Shown here: in pieces, positions 11,765-25,883 of the stretch | Position numbering within the stretch: position 1 is the stretch's first letter | How the letters are laid out: each line of letters begins with the position of its first letter | Source: Octopus sinensis | Taxonomy: Eukaryota | Direction: 5' to 3' | Length of the DNA: 64,000 nucleotides | Assembly (NCBI RefSeq): GCF_006345805.1 | Contig: NC_043008.1 | Location: 66,092,001-66,156,000, forward strand | Made by a program: the position numbers and the translations under genes | The notes under the pieces: generated by a model | What the model was told of the DNA's origin: nothing | What the model saw: only the letters and a program-made list of their open reading frames with translations | Databases searched by the model: none

Positions 11765-12160
11765 GCGCAGGAGTGGCTGTGTGGTAAGTAGCTTGCTAAC
11801 CAACCACATGGTTCCGGGTTCAGTCCCACTGCATGGCACCTTGGGCAAGTGTCTTCTACTATAGCCTCAGGCCGACCAAAGCCTTGTGAGTGGATTTGGT
11901 AGACAGAAACTGAAAGAAGCCCGTCGTATATATGTATATATATATATGCGTGTGCGTGTAAATTGTGTGTCCGTGTTTGTCCCCCAAGCAATGCTTGACA
12001 ACCGATGGTGGTGTGTTTACGTCCCCGTCACTTAGCGGTTCGGCAAAAGAGACCGATAGAATAAGTACAGGGCTTACAAAGAATAAGTCCCGGGGTCGAT
12101 TTGCTCGACTAAAGGCGGTGCTCCAGCATGGCCGCAGTCAAATGACTGAAACAAGTAAAA
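11765..12160 (+). mobile_element. SINE family A (full length)
   Basis: Near-identical to 7119-7546. Confidence 0.9.
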
Positions 12161-12614
12161 TAGAAAAAAAATAAAATAAAAAATAATAAAATTGTCAAAT
12201 TTATCCCGAACACCATTTTACAGATATTTCCATATTTAACTGCAACGAATGCAAAATTATATTTAATCGAATTGAAATTATAACCGCAGTGAGAAGAAGA
12301 GTAACTAACTTTAATGGAAATTATTCTCAAAAGTAACAAGGGAAAGAATTTCGAGAGTTCAGTTAACTAGAAATTAGAAGGGGATATGCAGCGGCGTCCA
12401 CTCTGGATGATTTTCGATCTCATTAAGCTTTTTCGATCAAGCATATTCAACAAAAGCATACCTAATTGCAGAACGACTTAAAGAATATATAATTTTGGTG
12501 GGAAAACAATTCACTGATGAGGTAGATGAAAATAATGATATTGGAATGTTCCCTAAGTGCTGAGTACTGAAAATATAAAAGTAAAATAAAAATGATATAG
12601 AACATACACAAATA

Positions 12615-13020
12615 ATGGTAATTTCTACTCTAGGCACAAGGCCTGAAATTTTGGGGAGGAGGATAGGTGATTGCATTGACCCCAATATTCAACCGGTATT
12701 TATTTTATCGATCTCGGCGGAATTTGAACTCACAACGTAAAGACGGACGAAATACCGCTAAGTATTTTGCCCGAAGCGCTAACGTTTCTTATTTCTTTAC
12801 TGCCCACAAGGAGCTACACACAGAGGGGACAAACAAGGACAAACAAACGGATTAAGTCGATTATATCAACCCCAGTACGTAACTGGTACTTATTTAATCG
12901 ACCCCGAAAGGATGAAAGACAAAGTCGACCTCGGCGGAATTTGAACTCAGAACGCAGCGGCGGACGAAATACCGCAAAGCATTTCGCCCGGCGTGCTAAC
13001 GTTTCTGCCAGCTCGCCGCC
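12615..13020 (-). mobile_element. SINE family B, nested (young copy inside an older copy)
   Basis: Head ggcggcgagctggcagaa..gttagcacgccgggcg, B-box gagttcaaattcc, core gcctttcatcctttcggggtcga. The tail ..gtgggcagtaaagaaataag is followed by a resumed head gaaacgttagc. Confidence 0.85.
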
Positions 13021-13397
13021 TCACATACAGAAATAATAATGATACACAATATAAATGGTTAACCATGGGTTTCTGTAAATAAGACCAGTAGAGGCGATAT
13101 CCTGTGTTTCAGGATTGGTTGATTGGTGTAGTCACGTGTGGTTCATTGTCTTACAGAAAATTAAACGTTGATATCGATGGCGTCTCTAAGTGGTTGCTTG
13201 ACCTGTGAGAAATAGCTGCCAAACCTCTTTCGAATTATATTCTGTTATCTTTTTAAAAAACGGATAAGGCATTGGGTAATGTATGTAATCCAAGGTTTAC
13301 TGCAAATGAAAAAAATATCGGATGGTCAATGGCCGGGAAGCCTTTCATCATAAGTGCTCAATCAGAATTGACAATAATTACAGTAGCAACAGCAAGT

Positions 13398-13760
13398 GGA
13401 GGCACAATGGCCCAATGGTTAGGGCAGCGGACTCGCAGTCGAAGGATCGCGGTTTCGATTCCCAGACCGAGCGTTGTGTGTGTTTATTGATCGAAAACAC
13501 CTAAAGCTCCACGAGGCTCCGGCAGAGGGTGGTGGCGACCCCTGTTGTACTCTTTCGCTACAACTTTCTCTCACTCTTTCTTCTTGTTTCCTGTCCCTGA
13601 CTTCCTACGCCACCGCTGAGCCTGGATGCGCATTCGTCCATCTGTCAATGCTCTCTGTGTCGGGGGGTTGACCTGCTTTCTTTTCTGCGGGTCTTACGAA
13701 TAACAAAGGACCACGCTTCAGACTTCTCCCAAGAGGACGAAGACCGCTTCGCTCAACAAC
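13398..13760 (+). mobile_element. tRNA-derived SINE, family C
   Basis: ggaggcacaatggcccaatggttagggcagcggactcgcagtcg...ggtttcgattccc. Second copy at 49971-50283. Confidence 0.8.
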
Positions 13761-14128
13761 AACAACAGCAGCAGCAACAGCAACACTTGTAGTAGCAGAA
13801 AACATCAACAACAACATCACCAACATAAATCATTCTACTAACACCTTCAATAATTCACAACACATAATTGTCATTTTTTTTACCTTCAGAATCTCTGAGC
13901 TCAGCTTTCGTTTAATTTCATCTCCACTCACATTCTCCACCTCTCTCTATCCATTTATCTATCTATCTATCCACACACAGATGCTCACACAAACCCACAC
14001 ACTCTCTTACTCTTTCTCATCTCCCTCTATATATGTGTGTATGTGAGTCTTTCGCTTACTCTCTCCCGTTCTTTCTCCCGCTTAATATTTCACATATTTT
14101 CCTGTTAGACTTTTTTCTCTTTAACCCC

Positions 14129-14184
<56 letters not shown>

Positions 14185-14363
14185 TTTTCCCATATTCATC
14201 TACCACCCTCTCTCCCTCTTTATATCTCAAACTTTCTTCTTCCACCTTTCTCTATCCATCTATCTCTTTTCGTTTGTAGGTTGAATAAACACTCAAACAC
14301 ACACATACACACATCCACACACACACAAACACACACACTAACAAACACACACACACACATACG

Positions 14364-14394
<31 letters not shown>

Positions 14395-14849
14395 TCGCAT
14401 ACGCCGACAATATCCGTAATTCTACAAGAAACTTTTGACATTTTGGAATACGTTATTGGAATTTGAGACAGTTTGTTCCATAAATGTCGAATTTACAGAA
14501 TTCCAGGCATCCAAACAAACTTAGGCCTAAAATAATCCCACACAACACCAACATCACAATCATCAAACAACATTACCACCACCGATAATACTACAACCTA
14601 AACTACCACACTACTATCTCTTTACATTCTGTCTAATTATATATTTTCTCTTCCCTTTTCTAATCTGCAGGTTGTGTGGTGATTAGGCAGCGAAGTTGAA
14701 GTAACAGAATTGTTAGAGCGTTGAAGAAGATGTCTCGTAATATTCATTCATGTTCCCTGCGCTCTGAGTTCGAACCCGCTGTGGTCAGCTTTTACATTTT
14801 AAATTCGAATGGTCGAAAAGAAAATCCCAGTCCTGCTCCAAATTTTGTT

Positions 14850-15245
14850 CTGTTTTTTTTCTCCTCCACCTTTTCTTCTTTTCCTCCTCCTTTTCCTCTT
14901 TTTTGTTTCTCTTCTCTCGTCCTTCCCCCTTTTCCTCTTCCTTTCTTTCTTTTTGTTTGTCTTCTCTTTCTTCTCTTTCCCCTTTTCTTCTTCTTCTTCT
15001 TCTTCTTCTTCTCTTCTTCTTCTTCTTTTCTTCTGCTTCCTTTTTCCCTTCTTCTTCTTCTTCTTCTTCTTCTTCTCTTCTCCTCCTCCCCTCCTTCTCT
15101 TCTCTTCTTCTTCTTCTTCTTCTCCTCCTTTTTATCTTCGTCTTCTTCCTCTTTTCCTCCTTTTCTCTTTCTTCTGCTTCCTTTTCTTCTTCTTCCCTTC
15201 CCCTTTTCTTCATCCTTCTCCTCTTTCTGTTTCTCTCCCACTTTC
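14850..15245. repeat. Polypyrimidine (CTT)n low-complexity tract
   Basis: ~400 nt almost purely C/T on the + strand. Confidence 0.9.
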
Positions 15246-15754
15246 TTGCTAGAAGAAATCAGCTTTTGTCAGAACTGGTCAAGGATGGGCTCCGTCAGAT
15301 TTTAAATGCTGAGGCTACACCGTCCGTCATAACGATATCTTTACGACCCTACGAGGAGTCAAGGACTCAAAAACAAAAGTTGTGTAGCAGACATGATCCG
15401 TAACCTGGTGTAACATAACTGCCGGTGAATCTTAGGTATCTGTAATAGCGTCCACTATGTTGCCAGCATTTAAACAAAGATATCTTTCTCCATGTCTCCC
15501 ACCAGCATCGGAGACTTTTAAAGTGATCAGACGTACAGCGTGTGTTTTTCCGCCTCCGCGTGTACACGAACATGTTTGAGATGATTGTACACATCAATAT
15601 TTCATTTAAGGCTGATTAGCGTATTTCTAATTAAGAAAGAAAACTGTGTTTTAAAGATCAAAATTTGTTTAAAAAGCAAACAAAATACACAAACTCTGTT
15701 GCTAACCTATTTTTATTGATCCTATTTTTATAAAGCAAAAATAATGAATAGCAT

Positions 15755-16089
15755 AAGCATTCTGTATATCTTACTTAAAGTGGACATCCTAATAGAATGC
15801 CACAATACCGCGGCATATATTTTGAGAAGGTATTTTCGTATAGAAGCATTATGCTAAAAAGCACATCAGTGCAGGGAAAATTTGTGATAGTGGATACGTG
15901 CTACCGATGATGCGCAAATACACAGAAATCAAGTGATCTAGCAGTTCCGCTACCATTGCTAGACGCTTTCTGTTGGCTACCGGTACTTCCGTGTTTTTTA
16001 GTACTAAACATCTTAACAAGATGACTTCTCAAGAAATAGCGTGGCGTTCTATTAATATGTCCACGTTAAGTAAGATGTACAGAATGCTT
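15755..16089. mobile_element. MITE-like element with ~49-bp inverted repeats
   Basis: aagcattctgtatatcttacttaaagtggacatcctaatagaatgccac (15755-15803) is complementary to 16041-16089. A diverged relative lies at ~51885-52260. Confidence 0.65.
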
Positions 16090-16490
16090 TGTGGTACTGA
16101 TACTACTTCCGTCGCTAATAGCGAATGAATAGCAAGTTTTACAAGACACTCCAAGATAAGTAGGGATTTTATAAACCTTTACGTTATACTTTTTTTAATC
16201 CATAGAGTACTTAGATACTCCTTATCACGCATCGGTGACATACGTCGCACTGTTTAAGAAGCACTGTTGCAGAGCGAGATGAGTTTCATTCATAGTTGAC
16301 TGTTATTTCCAGCATCAGGAACAAACCTGTAGATGCCCTTTTCTCGTGTAGATGCCCTTTTCTCGAAAACAAATATTTCTTTTGATGTGGCATCACACAA
16401 ATCTATAACAGAAGAAAGCTCCGTAATAAAGCAAACACTAGTTCCTTGTAATTCTAAGTTTTATTTAACCAATATATTACCAGTATGTAA

Positions 16491-16920
16491 GGCGGCGAGC
16501 TGGCAGAATCGTTAGCACGCCGGGCGAAATGCTTACCGGTATTTCGTCTGCCGTTACGTTCTGTGTTCAAATTCCGCCGAGGTAGACTTTGCCTTTCATC
16601 CTTTCGGGGTCGATAAATTAAGTACCAGTTACGCACTGGGGGTCGATGTAATCGACTTAGTCTGTTTGTCTGTCCTTGTTCGTCCCCTCTATGTTTAGCC
16701 CCTTGTGGGCAATAAATAAATAAGAATCGTTAGCATGCTTGAGCAAAATGCTTAGCGGCATTCGCCCGTCTTTACGTTCTGGGTTCAAATGCCACCGGGG
16801 TTGACTTTGCCTTTTATCATTTCGAGGTCGATAAAATAAGTACCAGTTGAGCAGTCGAGTCAAAGTAATCGACTTGCCCCGCTTCCAGAAATTGCTGGCC
16901 TTGTACCAGAATTTGAAACC
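16491..16920 (+). mobile_element. SINE family B, nested pair
   Basis: Full copy 16491-16722, then resumption at gaatcgttagca of an older copy. Confidence 0.85.
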
Positions 16921-17784
16921 AATATATAACCAATATGTTGTAGCTATACTTGTTTCATCGATGTTGCTCATAATGGGACAAAAAAATCGACCGTGTAAAA
17001 GTACGAAAGCATGACTACTACAAGACATTTGGTCCGGCGACCGATTCTTCTTCTTCTTAATAAACAAACCAACCAACCTACCAACAAGAATTACGAACTA
17101 TATTATTAAAACAAAACGATCTCCCTAGAAGCAGAAGAATTTGTGAAGGTTCTCTGAACTTTACGAAATGTCTCTCTTTATATCGTGTGGCAGTTTCGTT
17201 ATGTAAGTCATGTGTGTTTCTCTTGGCAGCATATATTCTGTTATGAGGTCCTGAGCTTCGTGTGGCAGAACATGAGTTGTAACTTAACATAATTCTTTTC
17301 TCATTGTTTATTATTCTTACTTGAGGAACGCCACGTCTCTATGTTTTGATATTCTTAACAAATACAATCCAAATAGCAGCTTTGTTTTCTTATCATTCTT
17401 TTCGCTTTTATTTTATTCATTTTTCCTTAATCTTTTTTGAATTTTTTCTCTGACATAGCATTCTTTCATATTATGTCATTATTTCGACTTTTTGAGTATT
17501 TTATTTTATCTATTTTTTCTTTTTTATTTTTAGAATTCTTTCCGTAAGTGAATTCTTTTCGAAAATATTTCAGCGTGAAAATAGATAAATAAATAAATGA
17601 ACTGTGAGTGTAGCGGGATTAAATTCTTGACGTACACAAATCTTGATTCGATCCAGTGTCGATGTCCTTCTGGTGCTTGTTTTGATTGGAATGCCGCAAA
17701 AACCATTCAACACTTATGACCTTCCATGTCGTCGCTGTGATCACGCACGAAAGATTTATAATTATTTTTTATGCATTCATACCT

Positions 17785-17858
<74 letters not shown>

Positions 17859-20800
17859 CGTGTTATTTCATGACGTTCTTTCAAACGTTTCGGATGACTT
17901 CAACTCATTCACAACATTTTATTGGTTCACATAACGAGTTCCGCTTGAGTGTCGGTGAATATTGAAGAAATCAATATTGGTCTACGAGTAATTTTAATGC
18001 CAGGAATCTTGGTGATCCAAAAGAAATTCGCGTACCCAAGACAGCGACAAATATATAGAGTGAGGCTATAAGCGAGCTTCTGCTTTATTGGAAAATACTT
18101 TGACTTAGATTTCTGAAAAAACTATCGATTATTAACAGACGGTATCTAATTTTAAGTGATTTCTTTGAAGATTTCTATGTAAAAGTATCTGGTTATTACC
18201 TACTGAACTGGAATGCAGTGCTGGATTCTGTGATTCTGTCAATGGAAATGTTTCGAGGCATCTGAGTTCTGCCAAATGAGCTGATATAAGAAGTCTTGAA
18301 CTAAGTAAGACTGCATTAAAAGAGAATTTTATTAAGTATACGTAAAGATATAATTACATTTATTGAAAAAAATATGAGGCATAAATGCTGAAGAAAGAAA
18401 TTTAAAAGAAAACTGACGGTCTAAAATTATTTCTTTAAGAATTTTAGAGCTTTAAAGTAAATATAATAGATTATCACTGTATCACTGCTTCAGCCAGAAT
18501 TTTGTTCTACACCGCTGGTTACAATACGCTTCTTCCTTTTTGTTGTAGCACTCGAATGATGCCGATCCGCTGGCTAATTGAACTGGCCAACACCCCACCC
18601 CTAAACGGAACGCTAGCCCTCGCAGTCCGTCACAGCTGAGTGGATTGAAGCAACGTGATACGAAATGCTTTGCTCAAGAATACAACTTGCCGTCGGTCTT
18701 GAAATCGAAACCTCAATCGCAGCATCGTGAGAGCAACACCGTAACCTCTAAACCACGCATCTTCATACAGCATAACTCTTTCTACTATAGACACAAGTCC
18801 TGAAATTTTGTTGGGGTGAGGGATAGTTAATCACATCGACTCCTATTCTTAACTGGTACTTATGACCCCAAAAGAATGAAAAGCAAAGTCCATTTCGGCG
18901 GAACTAGAAGTCAGAACGCAAAGATTGAATAAATACCACTAAGCATTTTGTCCGGCGCGGTAACAAACCTGCCAGCTCTCCACCATATCTTTACATGATA
19001 CAATATAATCAACAAACTAAAATTTTTTATTCAAAATACAGATTTCTTCCAAAAATACAAACCCTACTTTACAGTGTGCTATAATTCACTACACAACATT
19101 TTTCTGTACTTTCATAACTTTTCTAAATCATGGCAATATTTTTTGGAACGGTGGATCTGGAAGCAAATACAGCTACAATAGTGTGTAAATATTGGGTTAA
19201 AAATTACTTTGAATAGTCGAAGGCTACGTGTGGGACTCGACCCAGACCTCCTTCGATATTCACTGTTCCAAAAAATTATTAATTCACATTCTCTCAAAAC
19301 TTATGATATTGGTTTCAAATTCTGGCACAAAGCCAGCAGTTACTGGGAGGGAACAAGACGATTACATCGAACCCAGTGTTCACCTTGTCGTACTTATTTT
19401 AAGGATGAAAAGCAAAGTCGAACGCGTCGAAATTTAGACTCAGAACGTAAAGACGGACGAAATGTTGCAATGCATTTTGCCCGACATGCTAACGATTCTG
19501 CCAGCTCGCCACCTTATGATGTCTTATGATATCAAGAACACAAAATTAACGCCCGTAAGAATAGACTTTTTACAATAAATAAACTCAGAGAATTACTTTG
19601 GTCCGATGGTAGAACGGCTGTCATGTTTACAGGAGATGTGGGTTCGAGTCTGATGAGATGAAAGTATTGTTAGACTAAGGACCTGGACCGAATGCTTGCC
19701 ACCAGCGTGAAATCAATTAAAAGCACCCAAGGACGGGCTAACAGTATTCATACATTTTCAAAGTGCATAAACCACGAAAGTAAGTTCCCATCAAATAAGT
19801 AAAGTAAACAGATTAGAAGATCTCACCTTGTCACCGAACAAAATCGAAGTATTTCAAGTGAGTACAAAAATATATTATATACGGTCAGAAGTCAAACGTT
19901 CGTATTTTATCACCAGCACAAAGTACTAACTTCAAACCGAGCTAAAATGAATCCTCTGGGTCTATGCCGTCTCACGACTTGCATCAAAAGTGAGATTAAT
20001 CTTGTTCACAATAATACCCAGCTCTAATGGTGTCAGTTGCTGTGTAGTAAGAAGTTTGTTTCCAATCTACATAGTTCCGGGTTCATTCCCGTTGCGTGGC
20101 ACCTCAGGCAAACGTATTCCACAAACATGTGATTCTTGTGTACAAATCAGCGTGACACAGCGCATGTAACAAACTTGGGTGTTTAAAGCACAGTGGCCCA
20201 ATGAATCCTTCAAGTTCCTGTACTATTTCAGTCTACCCAGTTCCATTCAACGGGCTGAAGTGGATTCAAGGTTATGGTAAAAGGCATTCACCTAAGATAT
20301 AATATAGTTTGACTAAACCTGTGATTTCGTTATTGAAAAACAAACTTAATTATTCTAGTTATGCTATGTCCACCGGATAACGTATCATATGCGAAAAAAA
20401 AATAGATGTGATGGGCACAACTTCAATACTGATCAAACTATGTAAGTTTGTCATATAGAAAATATTTTCTACAACACGAGCAAACTCTACAATGTAAGAG
20501 CGGAAGCCATACTCTACAGAAAACAGACTTTAAAAATCTCCAAATAAAGCAATATGTTTTCCAAAATACTCACAAAAATAGAATCAACCGTTTACAAAAA
20601 CAAAAAACAAAATCCACAGAAATATCTGTATATCTTTAATTACATTCAGATCAAATTAGGGAGACTTTATCGCAACAGAAGATGCCTCGTAGCCTACGTA
20701 AATTCTTGCATTCAGCACTTAGATCTCACAAATGATATTCGTAAACTAACAAGAGATGACATCACGCTGGAAAAAAATGCAACCTTTTAAAATATTAACC

Positions 20801-20892
20801 AACAAAATGAAACACATTAATTACATACACAGCACCACGGATGTCATAAGTTATCCCAGCAAGTTATACAGCTCAATTACTTACTTGTACTT

Positions 20893-21262
20893 GTGGCGAC
20901 ATTCACCTTGGACGGGTTGAGTCGGCTTCTTCTAATCATGGAAGAAGTTTCGTGGGAATATGTGGATTTTCACAAGTGGTCCCCAACAATCCCGCATGTG
21001 GAGACATCCTGTTTGCCGCAGATTGTCCGCAGACGCAAGGACAGAACGACCGAGAAGCCGCCGGTTGCCGAAGCGGGCACTCCGAGGATTTTCACCAGAG
21101 CCCCGTCTGCCGGGTTGTGTCCCTAAGACCACTCGGTGTCAGACCAATCCGCCTTGGGTGGCCCTACCAGGAACCGAAGTTCCCGACGGCATAGCTCTGA
21201 CACTACCCGTTGCCAGCGTCCCCACCACGGTGAGGAGGGGATGGACTTTGGGGACGCCATCT
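20893..21262 (-). mobile_element. 5' UTR and ORF start of an RTE/BovB-like LINE
   Basis: Reverse strand gagctatgccgtcggg...agggccacccaaggcgga resembles the BovB 5' UTR. Continues into ATG MIRRSRLNPSKVNVAT, stopping just before the expected endonuclease WNV motif. GC-rich island. Confidence 0.6.
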
Positions 21263-23558
21263 TGATACCCGCTGTACACTCAACATTGTGTTGTACATAG
21301 CATTGTATACTCAACATCTCGTAATTTTCAACTAATACAGATAAGACAAAGAGCAACAATATTACCATCACAACTAAACATACTTTACACCATGATACAC
21401 AAAACTCACATCAATACACAAGCATAAGTCTCCAAAACAACTACTACAACACTTCGCCAGACATTACCTTCTGCTCCTTACATTTGGTTTGCACAACCAT
21501 TTGGCAAAGAATCCTTATGCTTTCCTTAGATTAGTACCAATTGTTACTACAACGCATTCACATATCGAAAAACATGAAAGCAGCTTTGTAATTAAAAAGT
21601 CAAAAAGATCAGACCAGAATGTGTTCCACCACGAATCCCGCTCAAGTTTCCCATAATAAACACTATTGCGCATATTTTCAACAAAATAAACAGACTCGTC
21701 TTTAAGAAATACCCCACAAAGCAATGTAATATATTTAATGCCAATTACATTTCAGAAATAGTCAACCTCTTAATTCAACAATGCTAAAATTACCATCATA
21801 AACACTACTGTACATATTTTCAACAAAATAAATATAGGCTCGTCTTTAAAAAATATCCCACAATGCAACATAATATATTTAATGCCAGTTAAACCTCAGA
21901 AATAGTCAACCGCATAAAAACAGGAGTCACCCTGAAGCAAAACCGAAATAAAACACTGTATCAAACTCAAAATAAAGAAATAACGAAACAAAACTTTCAA
22001 AATAGACCATAGAAATACAGAAAACTGGCATTTTTATCCAACATAAATCACAAAATAAGCAGTGAAATTGTATAAACTAATTAGCAATATCAACAACAAC
22101 GTTTACACCTCACTCCAAATCATAATTATATTTTTGTTTACTACCCACAAGGGACTAAACACAGAGGGGACAAACAAGAACAGACAAAGGGATTAAGTCG
22201 ATTACATCGACCCCAGTGCGTAACGTTAGCACGCCGGGCGAAATGCGTAGCCGTATTTCGTCTGCCGTTACGTTCTGAGTTCAAATTACGCCGAGGTCGA
22301 CTTTGCCTTTCAGCCTTTTGGGGTCGATAAATTAAATACCACTTATGCACTGGGGTCGACGTAATCGACTTAATCCCTTTGTCTGTCCTCGTTTGTCCCC
22401 TCTGTGTTTAGCCCCTTGTGGGTAGTAAAGAAATAGGTACTTAATTTATTGACCCCGAAAGGATGAAAGGCAAAGTCGACCTCGGCGGAATTTGAACTCG
22501 GAACGTAACGACAGATGAAATACGGCTACGCATTTCGCCCGGTGTACTAACGTTTCTGCCAGCCCGCCGTCTTTCATAATTATAACCTCAAGGAACATAC
22601 CCATACTGCAACACCAGTGAAACACTCTCCTAAATAAACCGCCAAAGACTGGGGGAATATAATTAAAAATATTACCCTTTCCCGGACCGGGCTGTGTGCT
22701 GTGTTCTTGAGCAAGACACTTCATTTCACATTGCTTGAGTTCATTCATTTGTAGGAATGAGTTGCGACGTCACTGGTGCCAAGCTGTATCGGTCTTTGCT
22801 TTTTCCCCTTGGATAACATCGGTGACGTAGAGAGGGAAGTTTGTTATACATGGGCGATCGCTGGTCTTCTACAAACAACCTTGCCATGACTTGTGTCTCG
22901 GGGGTAAATTTCTAGGAGCAATCCCATTGTTATTAATGACCGAAGGGGGTCTTTACCAAGACATTATTCTGACCATTTTTTCCCATCCAATTACATTAGT
23001 CGCACCAACCATTTGGCAAAGAATCCTTATGCTTTCCTAAGATTAGCACTAATTGTTACTACAACGCATTCACATATCGAAGGAAATAAAAGCAGCCTTG
23101 TAATTAAAAAATCAAAAAGATCAGACTAGAATGTGTTTCACAATTCGAACCTCGAGTAACACAATGTCAAACGAACATGCCAAGCAATCATTCTTACTTC
23201 GAAAACTAACCACCAAAAGTCACGCAGGAAGAGAGAACTACAAAACGAAAACTTTGCACCTTCCACTTAGATGTTGATTCAAGTTTCCTTTCATCAGACG
23301 CTTTTCCTTTCATTGAATACCGCAAAAGGCAACAGAGAAATCTTGAAGTTCAAAAGCCTACGCAAAACTTACAGAAATACATCTAAAACGCTTAGAGCTT
23401 GAAAGAATCAATGCATTCACCAATATCTACGACTACTTTTATAAAATTCTTCGAATCTATAAGCTGTGGCTTTGATCATAGGTCAGCTCGAACATGACTG
23501 ACCTGTGGGTAAACACCATCACCACCGCCACCACAACCATCATCATCACCATCATCAT

Positions 23559-23589
<31 letters not shown>

Positions 23590-23799
23590 AGCAGTAGCAG
23601 CATCATATCCACCATCACCATCTTAGTTGTCGTTGTCGGTGGCACCGTTATCATCATAATCGTTGTCGTCATCGTCGCCATCATCATCATCATCATCACC
23701 ATCATCGTCATCATCATCATCATCATCATCATCCTCACATCCATCATCATCGCCTTTGTCGTCGTCAGTTATCATCGTAATCGTTGTCGTCGTCGTCTT

Positions 23800-25252
23800 C
23801 AGTATCACCACCATCATCATCATCATCATCATCATATCCATCATTACCACTACCACCACCATCATCATCATCATCATCATATCCCATTACCATACCACCA
23901 CCCCACATCATCATCATCATCATCATATCCATCATTACCACTACCACACCATCATCATCATCATCATCATCATATCCATCATTACCACTACCACCACCAT
24001 CATCATCATCATCATCATCATATCCATCATTACCACTACCACCACCATCATCATCATCATCATCATCATATCCAGCATTACCACTACCACCACCATCATC
24101 ATCATCATCATCATCATATCCATCATTACCACTACCACCACCATCATCCTCATCATCATCATCATATCCAGCATTACCACTACCACCACCATCATCATCA
24201 TCATCATCATCATATCCATCATTACCACTACCACCACCATCATCATCATCATCATCATCATATCCAGCATTACCACTACCACCACCATCATCATCATCAT
24301 CATCATCATATCCATCATTACCACTACCACCACCATCATCATCATCATCATCATCATATCCAGCATTACCACTACCACCACCATCATCATCATCATCATC
24401 ATCATATCCAGCATACCACTACCACCACCATCATCATCATCATCATCATCATATCCATCATTACCACTACCAACCCAATCATCATCATCATCATCATCAT
24501 ATCCATCATTACCACTACCACCACCATCATCATCATCATCATCATCATATCCAGCATTACCACTACCACACCATCATCATCATCATCATCATCATATCCA
24601 GCATTACCACTACCACCACCATCTCATCATCATCATCATCATATCCATCATTCCACTACCACCACCATCATCATCATCATCATCATCATATCCATCATTA
24701 CCACTACACACCACCATCATCATCATCATCATCATCATATCCATCATTACCACTACCACCACCATCATCATCATCATCATCATCATATCCAGCATTACCA
24801 CTACCACCACCATCATCATCATCATCATCATCATATCCAGCATTACCACTACACCACCATCATCATCATCATCATCATCATATCCATCATTACCACTACC
24901 ACCACCATCATCATCATCATCATCATCATATCCAGCATTACCACTACCACCACCATCATCATCATCATCATCATTCATATCCATCATTACCACTACCACC
25001 ACCATCATCATCATCATCATCATCATATCCATCATTACCACTACCACCACCATCATCATCATCATCATCATCATATCCATCATTACCACTACCACCACCA
25101 TCATCATCATCATCATCATCATATCCAGCATTACCACTACCACCACCATCATCATCATCATCATCATATCCATCATTACCACTACCACCACCATCATCAT
25201 CATCATCATCATCATATCCAGCATTACCACTACCACCACCATCATCATCATA
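23800..25252. repeat. 48-bp minisatellite built on (CAT)n
   Basis: Unit caccac(cat)n-atcca[t/g]cattaccactac, ~30 copies. Confidence 0.95.
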
Positions 25253-25580
25253 ATCGTATCCGTCATCATCGTCGTCATCAGCACCATCGTCAGTATCTTC
25301 ATCACCATCTTCATTAAAATCATCATAATCATCATCATCATCGACATCATTATCATAATCACCATCATCGTCATCAACAACAACGAAAGCAACAAAAACA
25401 AAACAGTAACAGCAACTCTGTACCATCATACTGAGAGTAACAACAGCATAATTAATTATTTCCATAGGATTTTCTTTTTGTTTATTTGTTAGTTTGTTTC
25501 TTTCTTTCTTTTGTCTTCATTTCTGTTTTCTGCTCTCTCTCTCTTCTCTCTTCTCTCTCCTCTCTCTCTCTCTCTCTATA

Positions 25581-25661
<81 letters not shown>

Positions 25662-25852
25662 CATACATAATATATCTATATATATATATATAAGATATAT
25701 ATATATATTATATATATATATATATACATACATACATACATATATATATATACCTACATACATACATATATAATATATACATACATACATATATATATAT
25801 ATATAATACATACATACATATATATATATATATACATACATCCATACATACA

Positions 25853-25883
<31 letters not shown>

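Noticed and set aside
13398-13475. tRNA gene (also 49971 and 19600)
   Set aside because: The tRNA-like heads continue into SINE bodies and lack a complete acceptor stem.
14721-15305. Lys/Glu/Arg-rich and Phe/Ser/Leu-rich ORFs
   Set aside because: Polypyrimidine tract artefact.
19648-19678. ctgatgag..gaaag hammerhead-like text
   Set aside because: No room for stem II and stem I does not pair; part of a tRNA-derived repeat.
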